A DNA stretch of 64,000 bases from a virus (IMGVR_UViG_3300021958_000045:15990-79989), one strand, 5' to 3'. Positions 39,814-49,883 are shown, counted from the first letter of the stretch. The notes: generated from the sequence alone by a model not told the origin. Numbers and translations are program-made.

Positions 39814-41361
39814 TTAATATTTGATTGAAATGTTTTCTTTTTGAAATGCTTTTTCAAAACGATCTGTCAAAGATTCTTCTTCGAGAGATTCAGAATTGTT
39901 ATTAGGAATCGACTCTTCAGCTTCTTCCACATTTTCGAGAGCTGCATCAACAACTTCTGCTGGCTCTTCTTGTTTTTCTCCAGATACTCTGCGCTCAACT
40001 TCTTCAGCGATTTTAGCTTCAAGCTCTTCAGTCTTAGCTTTAATTGCTTCTTTATTTTTGTGAGCCCAAATGCGAGCGAATTTTTCTTTATAAGAAGAGA
40101 AAGCTTCTTCGGAAGATTCTAAACCTTTAACTTCTGAAGCAATAATCTCTAAATCTTCATCCGATAATTCGAATTCAGTAGAGAGCGATTCCATACGTAG
40201 GTTAAAAGCTTCTTGAGCGTCTCTGGCTTCATTATCGCTTTGTAGTTTTTGTAGATTTTCGTTAGCATTCTTGAACTCGACTTGAAGCGCATCATATTTT
40301 TCTGCCATCTCAGCCTGGGCCTTCTCGAGTTGCGCAGCTTTTGATTCAGCTTCTTCAACTTGAGATTTCCACTCCGAAGACTTTTCTATAATTACGTCAT
40401 TAACGAGTTTAGAAATGCTAGCCACGGCTTCTTCGGAGAAATCGTTTTCACGACGCTTCTCGTTAAGAAGTGCTTCTAAGCTATTGATTAGTTTTTCTGT
40501 TTCCATAGTATTATCTAAATGTGATTCCTTTGGTTGAATTACAGAAGTTTTTTCTGTATGTGAACTTTTTTCTTGAATTTTATTTAAAAACTGATTATTT
40601 GCCTGTGTAGATTCTTTACGATCTTCTTTTGATTCTGCCACCAAAACTCCTTTAACGTCCGCAGCAGGTTTCGTTGTAAATGCAACTCCAAGAGGATAAA
40701 CTTCTCCAGTTACAAGTCTACGAACAGAACGTCCATCTTCTAGTTTTCCACTTCCTCCAAAAGCAACTAAATGTTCTTTATATTGCTCCATCTCTTCACC
40801 GCTAACAATTTCATTATCTTCTAAATTTTCAGAACCTATAGCAATTGAGAATTCATTGAAACCAAGTTCCCAACTGGTAGATATAATAGTAGAATAATCT
40901 CCATGTTCGTCTGCCGAAGATTCTAGCAGGTCAGAAAATTGAGGGCTTGCGTTTTTATAAACTACTGCAGCGAGAGAAATATTAAAAGGTTCTTTTTTTG
41001 CTTTTACCTCTTCGTCTGAAAGTATATTACTATCCTCATAAGACGAGAATCCAGATGAAACAATGTGACCAACAACTTGATCTCTATTGTGTTCAATGTT
41101 TGTTGGTTTATGCACAAAATAATCTTTTATAGATAGGGCAATATCAGAATCTATACCATCTCCATTTTTATTAAATTTATTTACTACTGCTGCATTAAAA
41201 GCTACGCCAAGCAAATCAATATTTCTTTGCAGATTAATATCCTTTGGAATTAAAGCTTCTAAATTTCTAATTGAAGCTTCGGATATTTCTGTATTAGATA
41301 TTGGTGAGGCAGAGGCTTCTACTTCAAATTCAAACGACGTTGAGTACTTACAATTTTTCAT
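39814..41361 (-). CDS. Prohead protease-scaffold fusion
   Basis: N-terminal protease-like region (NIEH...TSWELGF...GVAFTTKPAA) plus a ~230 aa acidic coiled-coil C-terminus; between portal and capsid genes. Confidence 0.7.
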   Translation of the reverse strand: MKNCKYSTSFEFEVEASASPISNTEISEASIRNLEALIPKDINLQRNIDLLGVAFNAAVVNKFNKNGDGIDSDIALSIKDYFVHKPTNIEHNRDQVVGHIVSSGFSSYEDSNILSDEEVKAKKEPFNISLAAVVYKNASPQFSDLLESSADEHGDYSTIISTSWELGFNEFSIAIGSENLEDNEIVSGEEMEQYKEHLVAFGGSGKLEDGRSVRRLVTGEVYPLGVAFTTKPAADVKGVLVAESKEDRKESTQANNQFLNKIQEKSSHTEKTSVIQPKESHLDNTMETEKLINSLEALLNEKRRENDFSEEAVASISKLVNDVIIEKSSEWKSQVEEAESKAAQLEKAQAEMAEKYDALQVEFKNANENLQKLQSDNEARDAQEAFNLRMESLSTEFELSDEDLEIIASEVKGLESSEEAFSSYKEKFARIWAHKNKEAIKAKTEELEAKIAEEVERRVSGEKQEEPAEVVDAALENVEEAEESIPNNNSESLEEESLTDRFEKAFQKENISIKY

Positions 41362-41368
41362 TTACAAA

Positions 41369-41380
41369 AAGGTATACACA
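41369..41380 (-). promoter_or_regulatory. Candidate late promoter (GTGTA motif)
   Basis: TGTGTATACCTTTTTGTAA-ATG. Confidence 0.45.
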
Positions 41381-41384
41381 GGTT

Positions 41385-43463
41385 TTAGTCTTTTTTCTTG
41401 CTGTGGAACAGGATAGCAGATGGATACTCGCTCAATTCATGCTCGGAGGATATCTCTGAAATCTCCTGAATAATGCCTAATTCTGATATTTTACTGAAAT
41501 CTTGTATGCATGCCATTCCTATATTATTCCAATCTTGTTTATCTGAAGATAATACAATAGATTGAACAAGTTGATCAATAGATTCGCTTTGAACTTCTGT
41601 AAGCTTTCGTTTTTTCATTTTCTTTTTCATGCTTTTATTTAATTCAACCCTCAGATCTTCAATAGCATAAACAGTTTCTTGTATAGCTTTTTGGCTATAA
41701 CTTGCGGTTGCACCAGTAGGTCTTCCAACTTCTTTTGGGGTTTTGTTTTTAGGTTGAGCGTTGGGCTGTGCTGGTTGCCCAGGTTGCCCCACTTGTCCCT
41801 GTTTAATCATTTCATTTTTGTTTTTTGCGTCCTGTTTAATTTTTTCCTTCGACAATTTTTCATCAACCTTTCTTTGTTCTTCGGCTCCTGGAGCTTCTAT
41901 AGAAGGTACTCCTCCAACCAAAGGATTATACATACCTTGTTCTCTCTGTTTGACATATTCTTCTTGATTTTTTTCTAATTGTTCGATAGATGGATACACT
42001 CCTGTCTGTATAGTTCTTAATCCATCTTCTGGAGTTAATATTCCTAACTCAATTAATCGAGTAGCAATTCTTTGTAGTTGAACTTCATCTTTAATATCAA
42101 TATCTTCAAATTTTGCTTCAGGAAACTGTCTAAATCCCATATTTCGGCAGACCATCTTTATTTGAGGCTGCAAGAAATCTTGAATAAATGCGTTCCTAGC
42201 TTCCTTTAATCTTTCTAAAAATATTTGAGCCTTGACTTGAGTATTTGAGAATTTTTCCTGGCCAACAATAACATTCTGCAAAGCATCACGGATATCAGCA
42301 TTTACAATTTCATATTTTTCTGGCCCAAGAATTTTATTAATCTCAGGAATAACAAAATTTGCTTTAGTAGTATAGTCACTCACCAAAACCCTACCAACAC
42401 TTTCATTCATAAATAAAGACTGCATCGCATTTAAATTTGTTGGATTTATACCTCCTTTGTCTGGCTCAGCCCCCATAGTTATTAATAGAATCACATTCTC
42501 TACAGTTCTACTAATTGCTTGGTCAACTTTTTTTAATTCAATTTTCCAGTTTAAATCATCCAGTACAGGAAAACCAAAAGGAATAGCAAACGGCTCGTAA
42601 TCTTGTTTTTTGTAAAAGCTATAATTTAATTTTGTTGGATCAAGCTGTACATAAATACCATCTCTAGAAAATCTTTTTTCTTTGATTTCTTTTTTAGTTT
42701 TTTCGGGTAATGCGTCATAAAACTCTTTATCTTCTTGAGTTTTTGGATTTCTCAATCTATCTAATTCATATTCAGATAAAATCTTCTTATAGTCTCCTTC
42801 TTCAAATGCAGTCGTCTTCGTAACAACAATATCATAAGGGTTTAAAAGTATATATCTTGTAGGAACTTGACCCAAAGGCAAAGATGAAGCACCTGTAGAT
42901 TCTGCATAAATTGTAGAAATCTTTTTTAAATCTTCTTTATCAAATTTTCCATCAACCCTATATAGAAATACATTGCCAGATCTATAATACTCCCTAAAGT
43001 ATTGATCCTTTAAGTTCCAAACTTTAATTTTATTTAACCAACGATCTATAAACTGTCGGGCAGGTTCAGTACCTCCTTCTAGGTGAATGCTAGAGTTAGC
43101 AAACTCAGCCATAATATCTATCGCATTTCTAAAAATTGCAATATTTGCATATGCTTTTTGACACAGTTCAATAGCATCCTGTATAGATACTCCTCCTGAA
43201 CCAGCTTCAAAAGGCAGAATTCCTTCTCGAATATTTGAGTACTTACTTGCCTTAGTTTTCTTAAAAGTTGTATTACTTTTTCTTACTCCATCTTTTCCCG
43301 ATGCGGGTTGACTTCTAGAGAATGTCGAAGATTGAGAATAATAAGCTGAACCGCAAAGCTTTGGCTCAATAGGGTCTTGATTAGCAATCAATTCCGAAAG
43401 GTTATTGTTTGGTTGATCAAATTTTTTCCAGTAATCTGAACGTTTTGTATATTGTCTGGCCAT
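41385..43463 (-). CDS. Portal protein
   Basis: 692 aa directly downstream of the terminase large subunit; AIFRNAIDIMAEF, YYRSGNVF, FAIPFGFPVLDD. Confidence 0.8.
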   Translation of the reverse strand: MARQYTKRSDYWKKFDQPNNNLSELIANQDPIEPKLCGSAYYSQSSTFSRSQPASGKDGVRKSNTTFKKTKASKYSNIREGILPFEAGSGGVSIQDAIELCQKAYANIAIFRNAIDIMAEFANSSIHLEGGTEPARQFIDRWLNKIKVWNLKDQYFREYYRSGNVFLYRVDGKFDKEDLKKISTIYAESTGASSLPLGQVPTRYILLNPYDIVVTKTTAFEEGDYKKILSEYELDRLRNPKTQEDKEFYDALPEKTKKEIKEKRFSRDGIYVQLDPTKLNYSFYKKQDYEPFAIPFGFPVLDDLNWKIELKKVDQAISRTVENVILLITMGAEPDKGGINPTNLNAMQSLFMNESVGRVLVSDYTTKANFVIPEINKILGPEKYEIVNADIRDALQNVIVGQEKFSNTQVKAQIFLERLKEARNAFIQDFLQPQIKMVCRNMGFRQFPEAKFEDIDIKDEVQLQRIATRLIELGILTPEDGLRTIQTGVYPSIEQLEKNQEEYVKQREQGMYNPLVGGVPSIEAPGAEEQRKVDEKLSKEKIKQDAKNKNEMIKQGQVGQPGQPAQPNAQPKNKTPKEVGRPTGATASYSQKAIQETVYAIEDLRVELNKSMKKKMKKRKLTEVQSESIDQLVQSIVLSSDKQDWNNIGMACIQDFSKISELGIIQEISEISSEHELSEYPSAILFHSKKKD

Positions 43464-43466
43464 AGA

Positions 43467-43478
43467 TTATGATACACA
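43467..43478 (-). promoter_or_regulatory. Candidate late promoter (GTGTA motif)
   Basis: TGTGTATCATAATCT-ATG. Confidence 0.5.
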
Positions 43479-43516
43479 TAAAAGTATAAAAGTAAAGTTA
43501 AAGTTAACTTTTAACT

Positions 43517-45382
43517 TTAGCGTATAAACATTGGAGCAAAGGTATATATCGTATTATCTTTAGAATCTATAAAGTCATAATAAGTCTTTATCATCCAATT
43601 CCCCAAGACCAAAGCAGAGTAACTATCCTTTCTTGCCTTCTCTGGTCCCGTTTGCCTTTTTAAAGATGGGGGCAGGTCAAATGTTTGCGTTCCTTGCGGA
43701 GAAGTTGTGATTTGAATAAGGGAGCACTCTCCTCTTGTTGCATGAATCATAGCTTCTTGATGCTCAACAAAATCAATCATTTTTGCAGCAGAGGACTGAT
43801 TATCTTTATCAATTATGTTAGAGAATTTTAAATCATTAATAGGTATTTTCTTTTTTCTTTGTTCTTCATAAAAATCATCAATCGCAGGAGATGCAAAATA
43901 TATCCTTTTGTGGTCAAAGTTAGATTGCAACAATTCGTTTGCCCTACGAATCCATGCGCTTGTAGGCTTTCGCAAGATACATATTTTTTTGCTTTTTAAA
44001 TCATATTGAGATTTTGCGTCTAATAAAGCTTTTTGATATTCTTCTATATTGTCAAAATCTGCATCAAGCATTTTTATATTTAGATTACTATTTTTGAAAA
44101 TAGAGCTTTCGTTTGCTGCGCTCAAAAACTGAACCCCTCCATTATAGTCTCCAACGATTGCTACAATATTAAAATGGGTCAATAAGTAATGCATGTATAA
44201 TATATGTGATTTCATAGGGGCTCCAGCCAGAGCGTAACTATGCACAAGAGTGCCTAATTTTTTTTGATCGCTGAGCTTAAAAACTTGAATTGCGAAATTA
44301 TCACTGCTTTCGCTCTCTGCCCAACTAGGGTCAAAAGCCATTATATATTTTGCGCCAACTTCTCCAGAAACTTCTACGCTTGGAGACATACCTTCTGGCA
44401 ATACGCATTCAGCCATTTTGGAGGTTTTAAAGTATCCAGAGCTATCGTCTGTAAAGACTGCCCCAAACTCCCTATCAAATTGAGATTGACTCATAGAACT
44501 TTTAGCTTGGTTAATAAGGTTTTGATCGTATAACTGCAAAGGGGCGCAATCATAACTAAAGTGCATGATAACACGATTAGCTTCTGAAGGTTTTTTATTT
44601 CCAGTTTTAATTAATTCTTCAAACTGGCTATATACTTTATACATATATTCAAACTTGTAGCTCGCAGAAGACAGCATAATGAGCTTATTATTTGGCCAGA
44701 CATACCTATCCCCCTCTTTCATCTTGCCTTGCTTTATAAGCTCTGTTTCGAGCTTATAGAGGTCATCTCGCTGAGTTGGATTCTCAACAACACTCAAGAA
44801 AGGTATAATAACCTCATTATAAATTCTTTCAGGCATAAGCAAAAACTCATCAATAATAATTCTATGAAACCTAAATCCCCGAAGCTTTTCACCATCACCC
44901 AAAGGAAGAGCATGAATTTGACTTTCGCCAATGTGCATGCTCCATTGATCATTAGTTTTTGAGGTTTTAGTTATGCATTGGGCAAGCAAAGCTGCTTCAG
45001 GTTTATTTGCAATATCTTCTATTTTTTTAAAAATCATTTTAGACTGTCTAAAAGATTTTGAAATTATTCCAATTTGAACTCCTTGATTTAATATAGCATC
45101 TAAAAATGCAAAAACTCCCGTTGTCCAGGATTTAGACATTCCTCGACTCCATACTCCTAGAAAGTAATCTGTTTGGAACATAGACTTAATTCCCATGTGT
45201 TGAAATGGAAAAAGCTTTACTCCTGCAAGTAGATCTGCGGCAAACGTAATATTATTTCTTAAAAATTTGTACAACAATAGTTTTGCTTCTCTTTCCTCCA
45301 GATATCCCTTTTTATCAAGAATAAGATTATTAATATCCTTAAAAGAGTCTCTAGGTAATTGTTTGCCTGTGTCCCAAGTCAT
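43517..45382 (-). CDS. terL: Terminase large subunit
   Basis: PFQ, Walker A-like SRGMSKS, LRGFRFHRIIIDE (Walker B), LSSAS, nuclease AFDPSW and KDSYSAL. Confidence 0.92.
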   Translation of the reverse strand: MTWDTGKQLPRDSFKDINNLILDKKGYLEEREAKLLLYKFLRNNITFAADLLAGVKLFPFQHMGIKSMFQTDYFLGVWSRGMSKSWTTGVFAFLDAILNQGVQIGIISKSFRQSKMIFKKIEDIANKPEAALLAQCITKTSKTNDQWSMHIGESQIHALPLGDGEKLRGFRFHRIIIDEFLLMPERIYNEVIIPFLSVVENPTQRDDLYKLETELIKQGKMKEGDRYVWPNNKLIMLSSASYKFEYMYKVYSQFEELIKTGNKKPSEANRVIMHFSYDCAPLQLYDQNLINQAKSSMSQSQFDREFGAVFTDDSSGYFKTSKMAECVLPEGMSPSVEVSGEVGAKYIMAFDPSWAESESSDNFAIQVFKLSDQKKLGTLVHSYALAGAPMKSHILYMHYLLTHFNIVAIVGDYNGGVQFLSAANESSIFKNSNLNIKMLDADFDNIEEYQKALLDAKSQYDLKSKKICILRKPTSAWIRRANELLQSNFDHKRIYFASPAIDDFYEEQRKKKIPINDLKFSNIIDKDNQSSAAKMIDFVEHQEAMIHATRGECSLIQITTSPQGTQTFDLPPSLKRQTGPEKARKDSYSALVLGNWMIKTYYDFIDSKDNTIYTFAPMFIR

Positions 45383-46359
45383 TTTTTCTTTTCTCTAATC
45401 CTTTTATCTATATGAAATTGCATGTCGCAGTTCCACAATTTTTTACCATGAATTAATAATCTTGGAATTAAAAACTCAGAAGCTGCCCGACCACCTGAAA
45501 ATATAAATTGGCAATTTTTTGGATATTGATTAATAATTTCTCTTGTATTGTGCCAAATATAAGCTAAATTTGATTTGTGGGCAGAGAAGCTATTATTTTG
45601 CTTTATTGTATTAATGCTAGAATCAACTACAATATATAAAAAGCTATCAAATTCGATAGCCCTTTCAATTTCTTTTTTAAAGCGTTGGAACCCTACCGAC
45701 AATGTGGATTTGAAGTCTGCTTCGCTTTTACGGTCTACATAGGTATAAGAGTACTCCTTACCTCCTGTAGTATAATCTCCGAAATCTAATTTTAGAGTTC
45801 TTGATTTATGAAAGCTTAAGGGTTGCTGTTCTCTCGTATCAATTAATATTTCTACATTCTTGTATAGAGAGTTATTCTCAAAAAAATTATCTATAATATT
45901 TGCGCCGTACAAAGGAGAGATATTTTTCAGGTTTAATTTTTCTAATTTTTGACAGGCTTGACTATAACTACCAAATATTTTTTTATAAAACTCTATGGGC
46001 GGCAACTCGCATAATTGAAGCTCAATATGGCATGGTGCATGATTTAATTGTTTTTGTTTAATTCTGGAATATAATTTTTTCAAAACATATGCTTGGGCCT
46101 TAACATCGTCAGCAGACTGTAAACTTAGCCATTTTATTAGTCGATTACGAGAAAGAAAATCTCTCGCAAAGTAATCTTTTTTATTTTTAAACGGAAGGGC
46201 TTCGCCAGTTAATAAGTCTTTTTTTGGGTAATGTTGGGTATAATATTCCGCAACAGTTAAATTATGTTTTTTTAAATGAGCATGAAGACTTCTTTCTGAA
46301 GTAAAACTTTCTTCACATACTTTACATTTATTAGATGGCTTCATCTTGAGATATTCCAA
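45379..46359 (-). CDS. ERCC4-domain nuclease with N-terminal C2H2 zinc finger
   Basis: CKVC...HAHLKKH; IDTREQ...GDY...DRKS..DF. Confidence 0.8.
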   Translation of the reverse strand: MEYLKMKPSNKCKVCEESFTSERSLHAHLKKHNLTVAEYYTQHYPKKDLLTGEALPFKNKKDYFARDFLSRNRLIKWLSLQSADDVKAQAYVLKKLYSRIKQKQLNHAPCHIELQLCELPPIEFYKKIFGSYSQACQKLEKLNLKNISPLYGANIIDNFFENNSLYKNVEILIDTREQQPLSFHKSRTLKLDFGDYTTGGKEYSYTYVDRKSEADFKSTLSVGFQRFKKEIERAIEFDSFLYIVVDSSINTIKQNNSFSAHKSNLAYIWHNTREIINQYPKNCQFIFSGGRAASEFLIPRLLIHGKKLWNCDMQFHIDKRIREKKK

Positions 46360-47386
46360 GTACTCGAGCTTTCCATTCTGGCATGCCTTCCATTCTTTTT
46401 GCTTCGTCGAGAATAATTTCTTTTTGCATTTCTGCCATTTTAATCATGATATTTCTCTCTTCTTCCTCTTGGAATAATTTCACCAAAGAAAGCATGCTTG
46501 CAGTATTCTGTTGTTTGGATTGTAGCCTTTTTGAGCGGTCTCCCTGGAGCTTGGTGATAGCTCTATCTATTCTGGTAACACATTGATTATATTCTTCACT
46601 TTTTGTTTTTAAAATTTCAGTCAAGCGCATAGTTAAATCTGTTTCCTCTTCTGCAGCATTAAACATATCGTTAAGTTTTAGCTTCTGACCCTCAATTTGT
46701 TTTAAATTAATATAATCCATACATACATTTATATACATATTTATTTCGTCAGGAGTTAAGTCGGGCTTATCCCAGCAAGCTCTAGTAAATTCAGCCTCAA
46801 ACAATAACCTTTCTTCATTGCTTGTATAATTATTTATCTGAGAGGTAAACCTTGGAGAAGATAATAACTGTATTAAATTTTCTGCACACAATTTGTCTTG
46901 CCGAGTGAGCTTTTCATGATTTAAAGATTTTCCTGCAACTTTATTAATTTTTTTAATTCCTGATAGTATAGTGCAAGGAGGATTATACTTAATTCCCCGT
47001 GCAGAATCTTCCTCCGCAACTCCTTCTGGAACTTGGTCTCTAATAAATTCCGTAATTACTATAGTTTCTTTGCTTAATGGGGTAATATTTGAATCTGGAA
47101 AAATTATTTTTGTAATCTGAAATGCATTCATACCGTCTCTTGCATAACCTTCAATAAAACTTTTTTGATCTTCGGTAAGAATAACTTCCTTAGCGGGTAC
47201 AGCCTTAGTAGTGTCAAAGCTTTGTCCGATTTCTATAAGATACTCTCTTACCAATCTGCCCTCTATCGTTCTGCCATCTAAACTTTCATCCATAAAGACT
47301 GACCGAGTTATTTCTCCAAGGTCAGATATTTTATCTTTATTATTTCTGATAAATTCCTTTTGCTGATCTGTTAGTTCTTTTTTCAT
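46331..47386 (-). CDS. Hypothetical protein (terminase small subunit candidate by position)
   Basis: 351 aa with internal repeat (ELTDQQKEFI / ILTEDQKSFI) and C-terminal coiled coil. Confidence 0.5.
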   Translation of the reverse strand: MKKELTDQQKEFIRNNKDKISDLGEITRSVFMDESLDGRTIEGRLVREYLIEIGQSFDTTKAVPAKEVILTEDQKSFIEGYARDGMNAFQITKIIFPDSNITPLSKETIVITEFIRDQVPEGVAEEDSARGIKYNPPCTILSGIKKINKVAGKSLNHEKLTRQDKLCAENLIQLLSSPRFTSQINNYTSNEERLLFEAEFTRACWDKPDLTPDEINMYINVCMDYINLKQIEGQKLKLNDMFNAAEEETDLTMRLTEILKTKSEEYNQCVTRIDRAITKLQGDRSKRLQSKQQNTASMLSLVKLFQEEEERNIMIKMAEMQKEIILDEAKRMEGMPEWKARVLGISQDEAI

Positions 47387-48096
47387 TAACGTAAGAATAT
47401 ATCTTTTGTAGATATTACTTGTTTCGCTTTTTCCTTAAATTGTTTTTTTAAATTTTTAATCTGTTTGTAACCAGCCTTTCTTCCAGTTTCTGAGGTTTTG
47501 TAGCCCATCTTTTTTGCAACCTCTTCTTCAGATTTGTGTTCTATGAATAGCATTTTATATATCAGATACTGACGTTCGGGTAATATATTTTTCATTTCAA
47601 TATGAAGCCTTTTCTCTGGGCCTTTAATTTCTGTATGAATATCTTCAATCTCTCTGTAAGCAGCGTCGTCCGAATTAATTGACAAGGGTAATTTGATATC
47701 ATAAGCGCTTTTTTTGGTTTTTTCCCATTTTGCAAATAATGGACAGCTTGAATCTTGACCTCCAGATTGGGTAAAAGAGCAGGCGGCTCCATTTTCTCCA
47801 GATCCTGACAAATTAAACGGACAGCTCATACAAGGCCTAACAAAATTAGAATAGTTATTTCTTAAAATATTTTTTAATTGATTGGATATCGTTTTATTCA
47901 ACCAAGGCTTTAGAGGTTTGGTTTGGTCATATTTTTCCCATTTTACATAAATATGTGAAGATATTATTTGAATAACGTCATCAAAGTCCATCCACGACAC
48001 AGAAGTTAAAAACCATTTGTGTCGACGCTTAGAAATTTCCTCAATAATTTCTGGGTGACACTCTTCGTATGTTAGTTTCTTTTTTTTATTCGTCAA
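47386..48096 (-). CDS. Phage RNA polymerase sigma factor (sigma70/ECF-like) with a Cys4 insertion
   Basis: Region 2-like DFDDVIQ...YDQTKPLKPWLNKTISNQLKNILR; region 4-like LPERQYLIYKMLFIEHKSEEEVAKKMG. Confidence 0.8.
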   Translation of the reverse strand: MTNKKKKLTYEECHPEIIEEISKRRHKWFLTSVSWMDFDDVIQIISSHIYVKWEKYDQTKPLKPWLNKTISNQLKNILRNNYSNFVRPCMSCPFNLSGSGENGAACSFTQSGGQDSSCPLFAKWEKTKKSAYDIKLPLSINSDDAAYREIEDIHTEIKGPEKRLHIEMKNILPERQYLIYKMLFIEHKSEEEVAKKMGYKTSETGRKAGYKQIKNLKKQFKEKAKQVISTKDIFLR

Positions 48097-48448
48097 TATT
48101 TATCGTTCCCCTTACAGGCTTGCATTCTTCAACGCAGTCTTTTATTGCGTCGCCAGTTAAGCTTTTGCGCCTTTTCCTAGGGATTGATATTCCTAATTTT
48201 TCTTCTTTGACTACAGACCCTAAAGTCGTTTCAACGTAATCATTATTAATTATTTCATAATCCAATTTTTGCAAGTGAGAAAAAGATGTTTTAGGTTGTT
48301 GGGTTTGGTTTTTTTCTGTTTCTTCTTTTGGTTGAGGTACTGAGACTTGGACTCCAGCAAAAGATGTTCCGCAATTTGTACAAAAATTGGGTCTCGCCGA
48401 AGAGTATTCGTGTTTGGTTCCGCAGTGCTGACAAAAAGTAAAGGCCAT
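48086..48448 (-). CDS. Double zinc-ribbon protein
   Basis: FCQHCG...FCTNCG. Confidence 0.75.
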   Translation of the reverse strand: MAFTFCQHCGTKHEYSSARPNFCTNCGTSFAGVQVSVPQPKEETEKNQTQQPKTSFSHLQKLDYEIINNDYVETTLGSVVKEEKLGISIPRKRRKSLTGDAIKDCVEECKPVRGTINIDE

Positions 48449-48478
48449 TGTCTATAATAATTATTATTACAAATTTTT

Positions 48479-49123
48479 CTACCTTTTTATATTACAAATA
48501 TCATCTAACTTAAGATAGCCTGCGAGTTTTTTTGTCTGTGAGGCCGCGTCACTGATTTGGTCTTGCGTAAGTTTTTTTGTATTTTTTACGAAATCTATGC
48601 CTACAAAACCAATTACTCTATTATGAATATCTTGAATTGGAAAATTATACATACTTCTTACCCCTTTTTTGTTCAAAAGTTCTCTTAGTAGTGTTTTTTT
48701 ACATTGTGTAACGTCTTCTAATTCATAGGTCTTTCCTTCAACAAGTTCTTTAATATATTCATTGAAATTAGACACTCTGTATTCTCCAGGATTATGACAC
48801 TCACTTGTTATTCCTTCCGAAACTGTTTCATAAGTGCATGTAAATTTAGTTACGGGCAATCCAGAGGAGAAATAATTCCCATTACTAAATTCAAAAATAT
48901 ACGCCCTATCCGCATTAAAATTCAATCTCATTTTTTTAATGAAAGTATATATTTCTTCATTCGTTTGCGTTAAAACTTCCATTTGTTTTTGAGCTTTTTG
49001 TTCGGGACTTAAAGTTGGCTGTGCGGGTTTTGTTTGAAATTTATTCTTAAGCCAGAAACCAAGCAGGGTACTAATCAGAGTTATAACCGAAACGATTAAA
49101 CTTTCATATTGTAAAATATTCAT
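48479..49123 (-). CDS. Single-TM GAF-domain protein, T4 T-type holin candidate
   Basis: N-terminal TM (LIVSVITLISTLLGFWL) then GAF-like ADRAYIFEF...YNFPI...IGFVGIDF. Confidence 0.55.
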   Translation of the reverse strand: MNILQYESLIVSVITLISTLLGFWLKNKFQTKPAQPTLSPEQKAQKQMEVLTQTNEEIYTFIKKMRLNFNADRAYIFEFSNGNYFSSGLPVTKFTCTYETVSEGITSECHNPGEYRVSNFNEYIKELVEGKTYELEDVTQCKKTLLRELLNKKGVRSMYNFPIQDIHNRVIGFVGIDFVKNTKKLTQDQISDAASQTKKLAGYLKLDDICNIKR

Positions 49124-49404
49124 TTTTTAAACGAGCCACTAATTATGCACGACAACAATGTAATCGCACAGATAATAAGCGTGATAACGATAGGTTCCTT
49201 GTATGCATAGATTTTATTATTTAAAGGTTGTTCACATTTTTCAAATTCTTTTTGTGATATTTTTCCGTCTAAATTAATATCAAATTCTTGAAACTGGGCA
49301 TTCACGACTGAATCTTTTGGCTTTGGCGTAAAAGAATTCTTTTTTATTAATGCTGTAGAACAACCTATTAAAAATAAGCTAAATATTATAAATGTAATTT
49401 TCAT
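49120..49404 (-). CDS. Lipoprotein with EF-hand and C-terminal TM (u-spanin-like topology)
   Basis: Lipobox-like LIGC at residues 12-15, FDINLDGKISQKE, hydrophobic IVITLIICAITLLSCII. Confidence 0.5.
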   Translation of the reverse strand: MKITFIIFSLFLIGCSTALIKKNSFTPKPKDSVVNAQFQEFDINLDGKISQKEFEKCEQPLNNKIYAYKEPIVITLIICAITLLSCIISGSFKK

Positions 49405-49832
49405 CTTGCTCGGCTAGGTATCGCATAAAAACCAATAACCATAAAACATAAATCCATGAATGAAGTCAAAAGTAAACCTCCTGTTAGTTGAACTTTTTCC
49501 CAAGATTTATTTCCCCCAAATAAAAAAGAGAAAAAACCTCCGCTAGTGGGTTTATCAACAATAACATCATATTGTATGTTTGGATTCATTGCGTAATATA
49601 TCATTAAAAAACACATAGTAAATGTAATCGCTAAAAACAGCATCCTACGAGTTACCTTTACGAATGGGTCTGAAGCTTGTTTATTTTGATTGTCAATTAG
49701 GGCATTAAGCATTTGGCTATCTCTTGCAGCAAGAATCATCTGGTCTTGTCTTTTTTGCTCAATCCAGTAATTTAAAAGATTTGCGCCTACTTTAATGCCT
49801 GCTCCTATAATTGTATTCAAGATGGGTCCCAT
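49401..49832 (-). CDS. Membrane protein with 2-3 hydrophobic segments (holin-like candidate; likely start MGPIL at 49832)
   Basis: RRMLFLAITFTMCFLMIYYA and LLLTSFMDLCFMVIGFY. Confidence 0.55.
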   Translation of the reverse strand: MGPILNTIIGAGIKVGANLLNYWIEQKRQDQMILAARDSQMLNALIDNQNKQASDPFVKVTRRMLFLAITFTMCFLMIYYAMNPNIQYDVIVDKPTSGGFFSFLFGGNKSWEKVQLTGGLLLTSFMDLCFMVIGFYAIPSRAR

Positions 49833-49836
49833 ATAA

Positions 49837-49848
49837 AATATATACACA
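49837..49848 (-). promoter_or_regulatory. Candidate late promoter (GTGTA motif)
   Basis: TGTGTATATATTTTAT-ATG. Confidence 0.5.
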
Positions 49849-49883
49849 TTTAAATAGCTTTTTTACGGTCTTGCTATATTATA

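Noticed and set aside
29822-48448. Alternative genetic code (stop-codon reassignment)
   Set aside because: Standard code gives full-length, tightly packed structural genes
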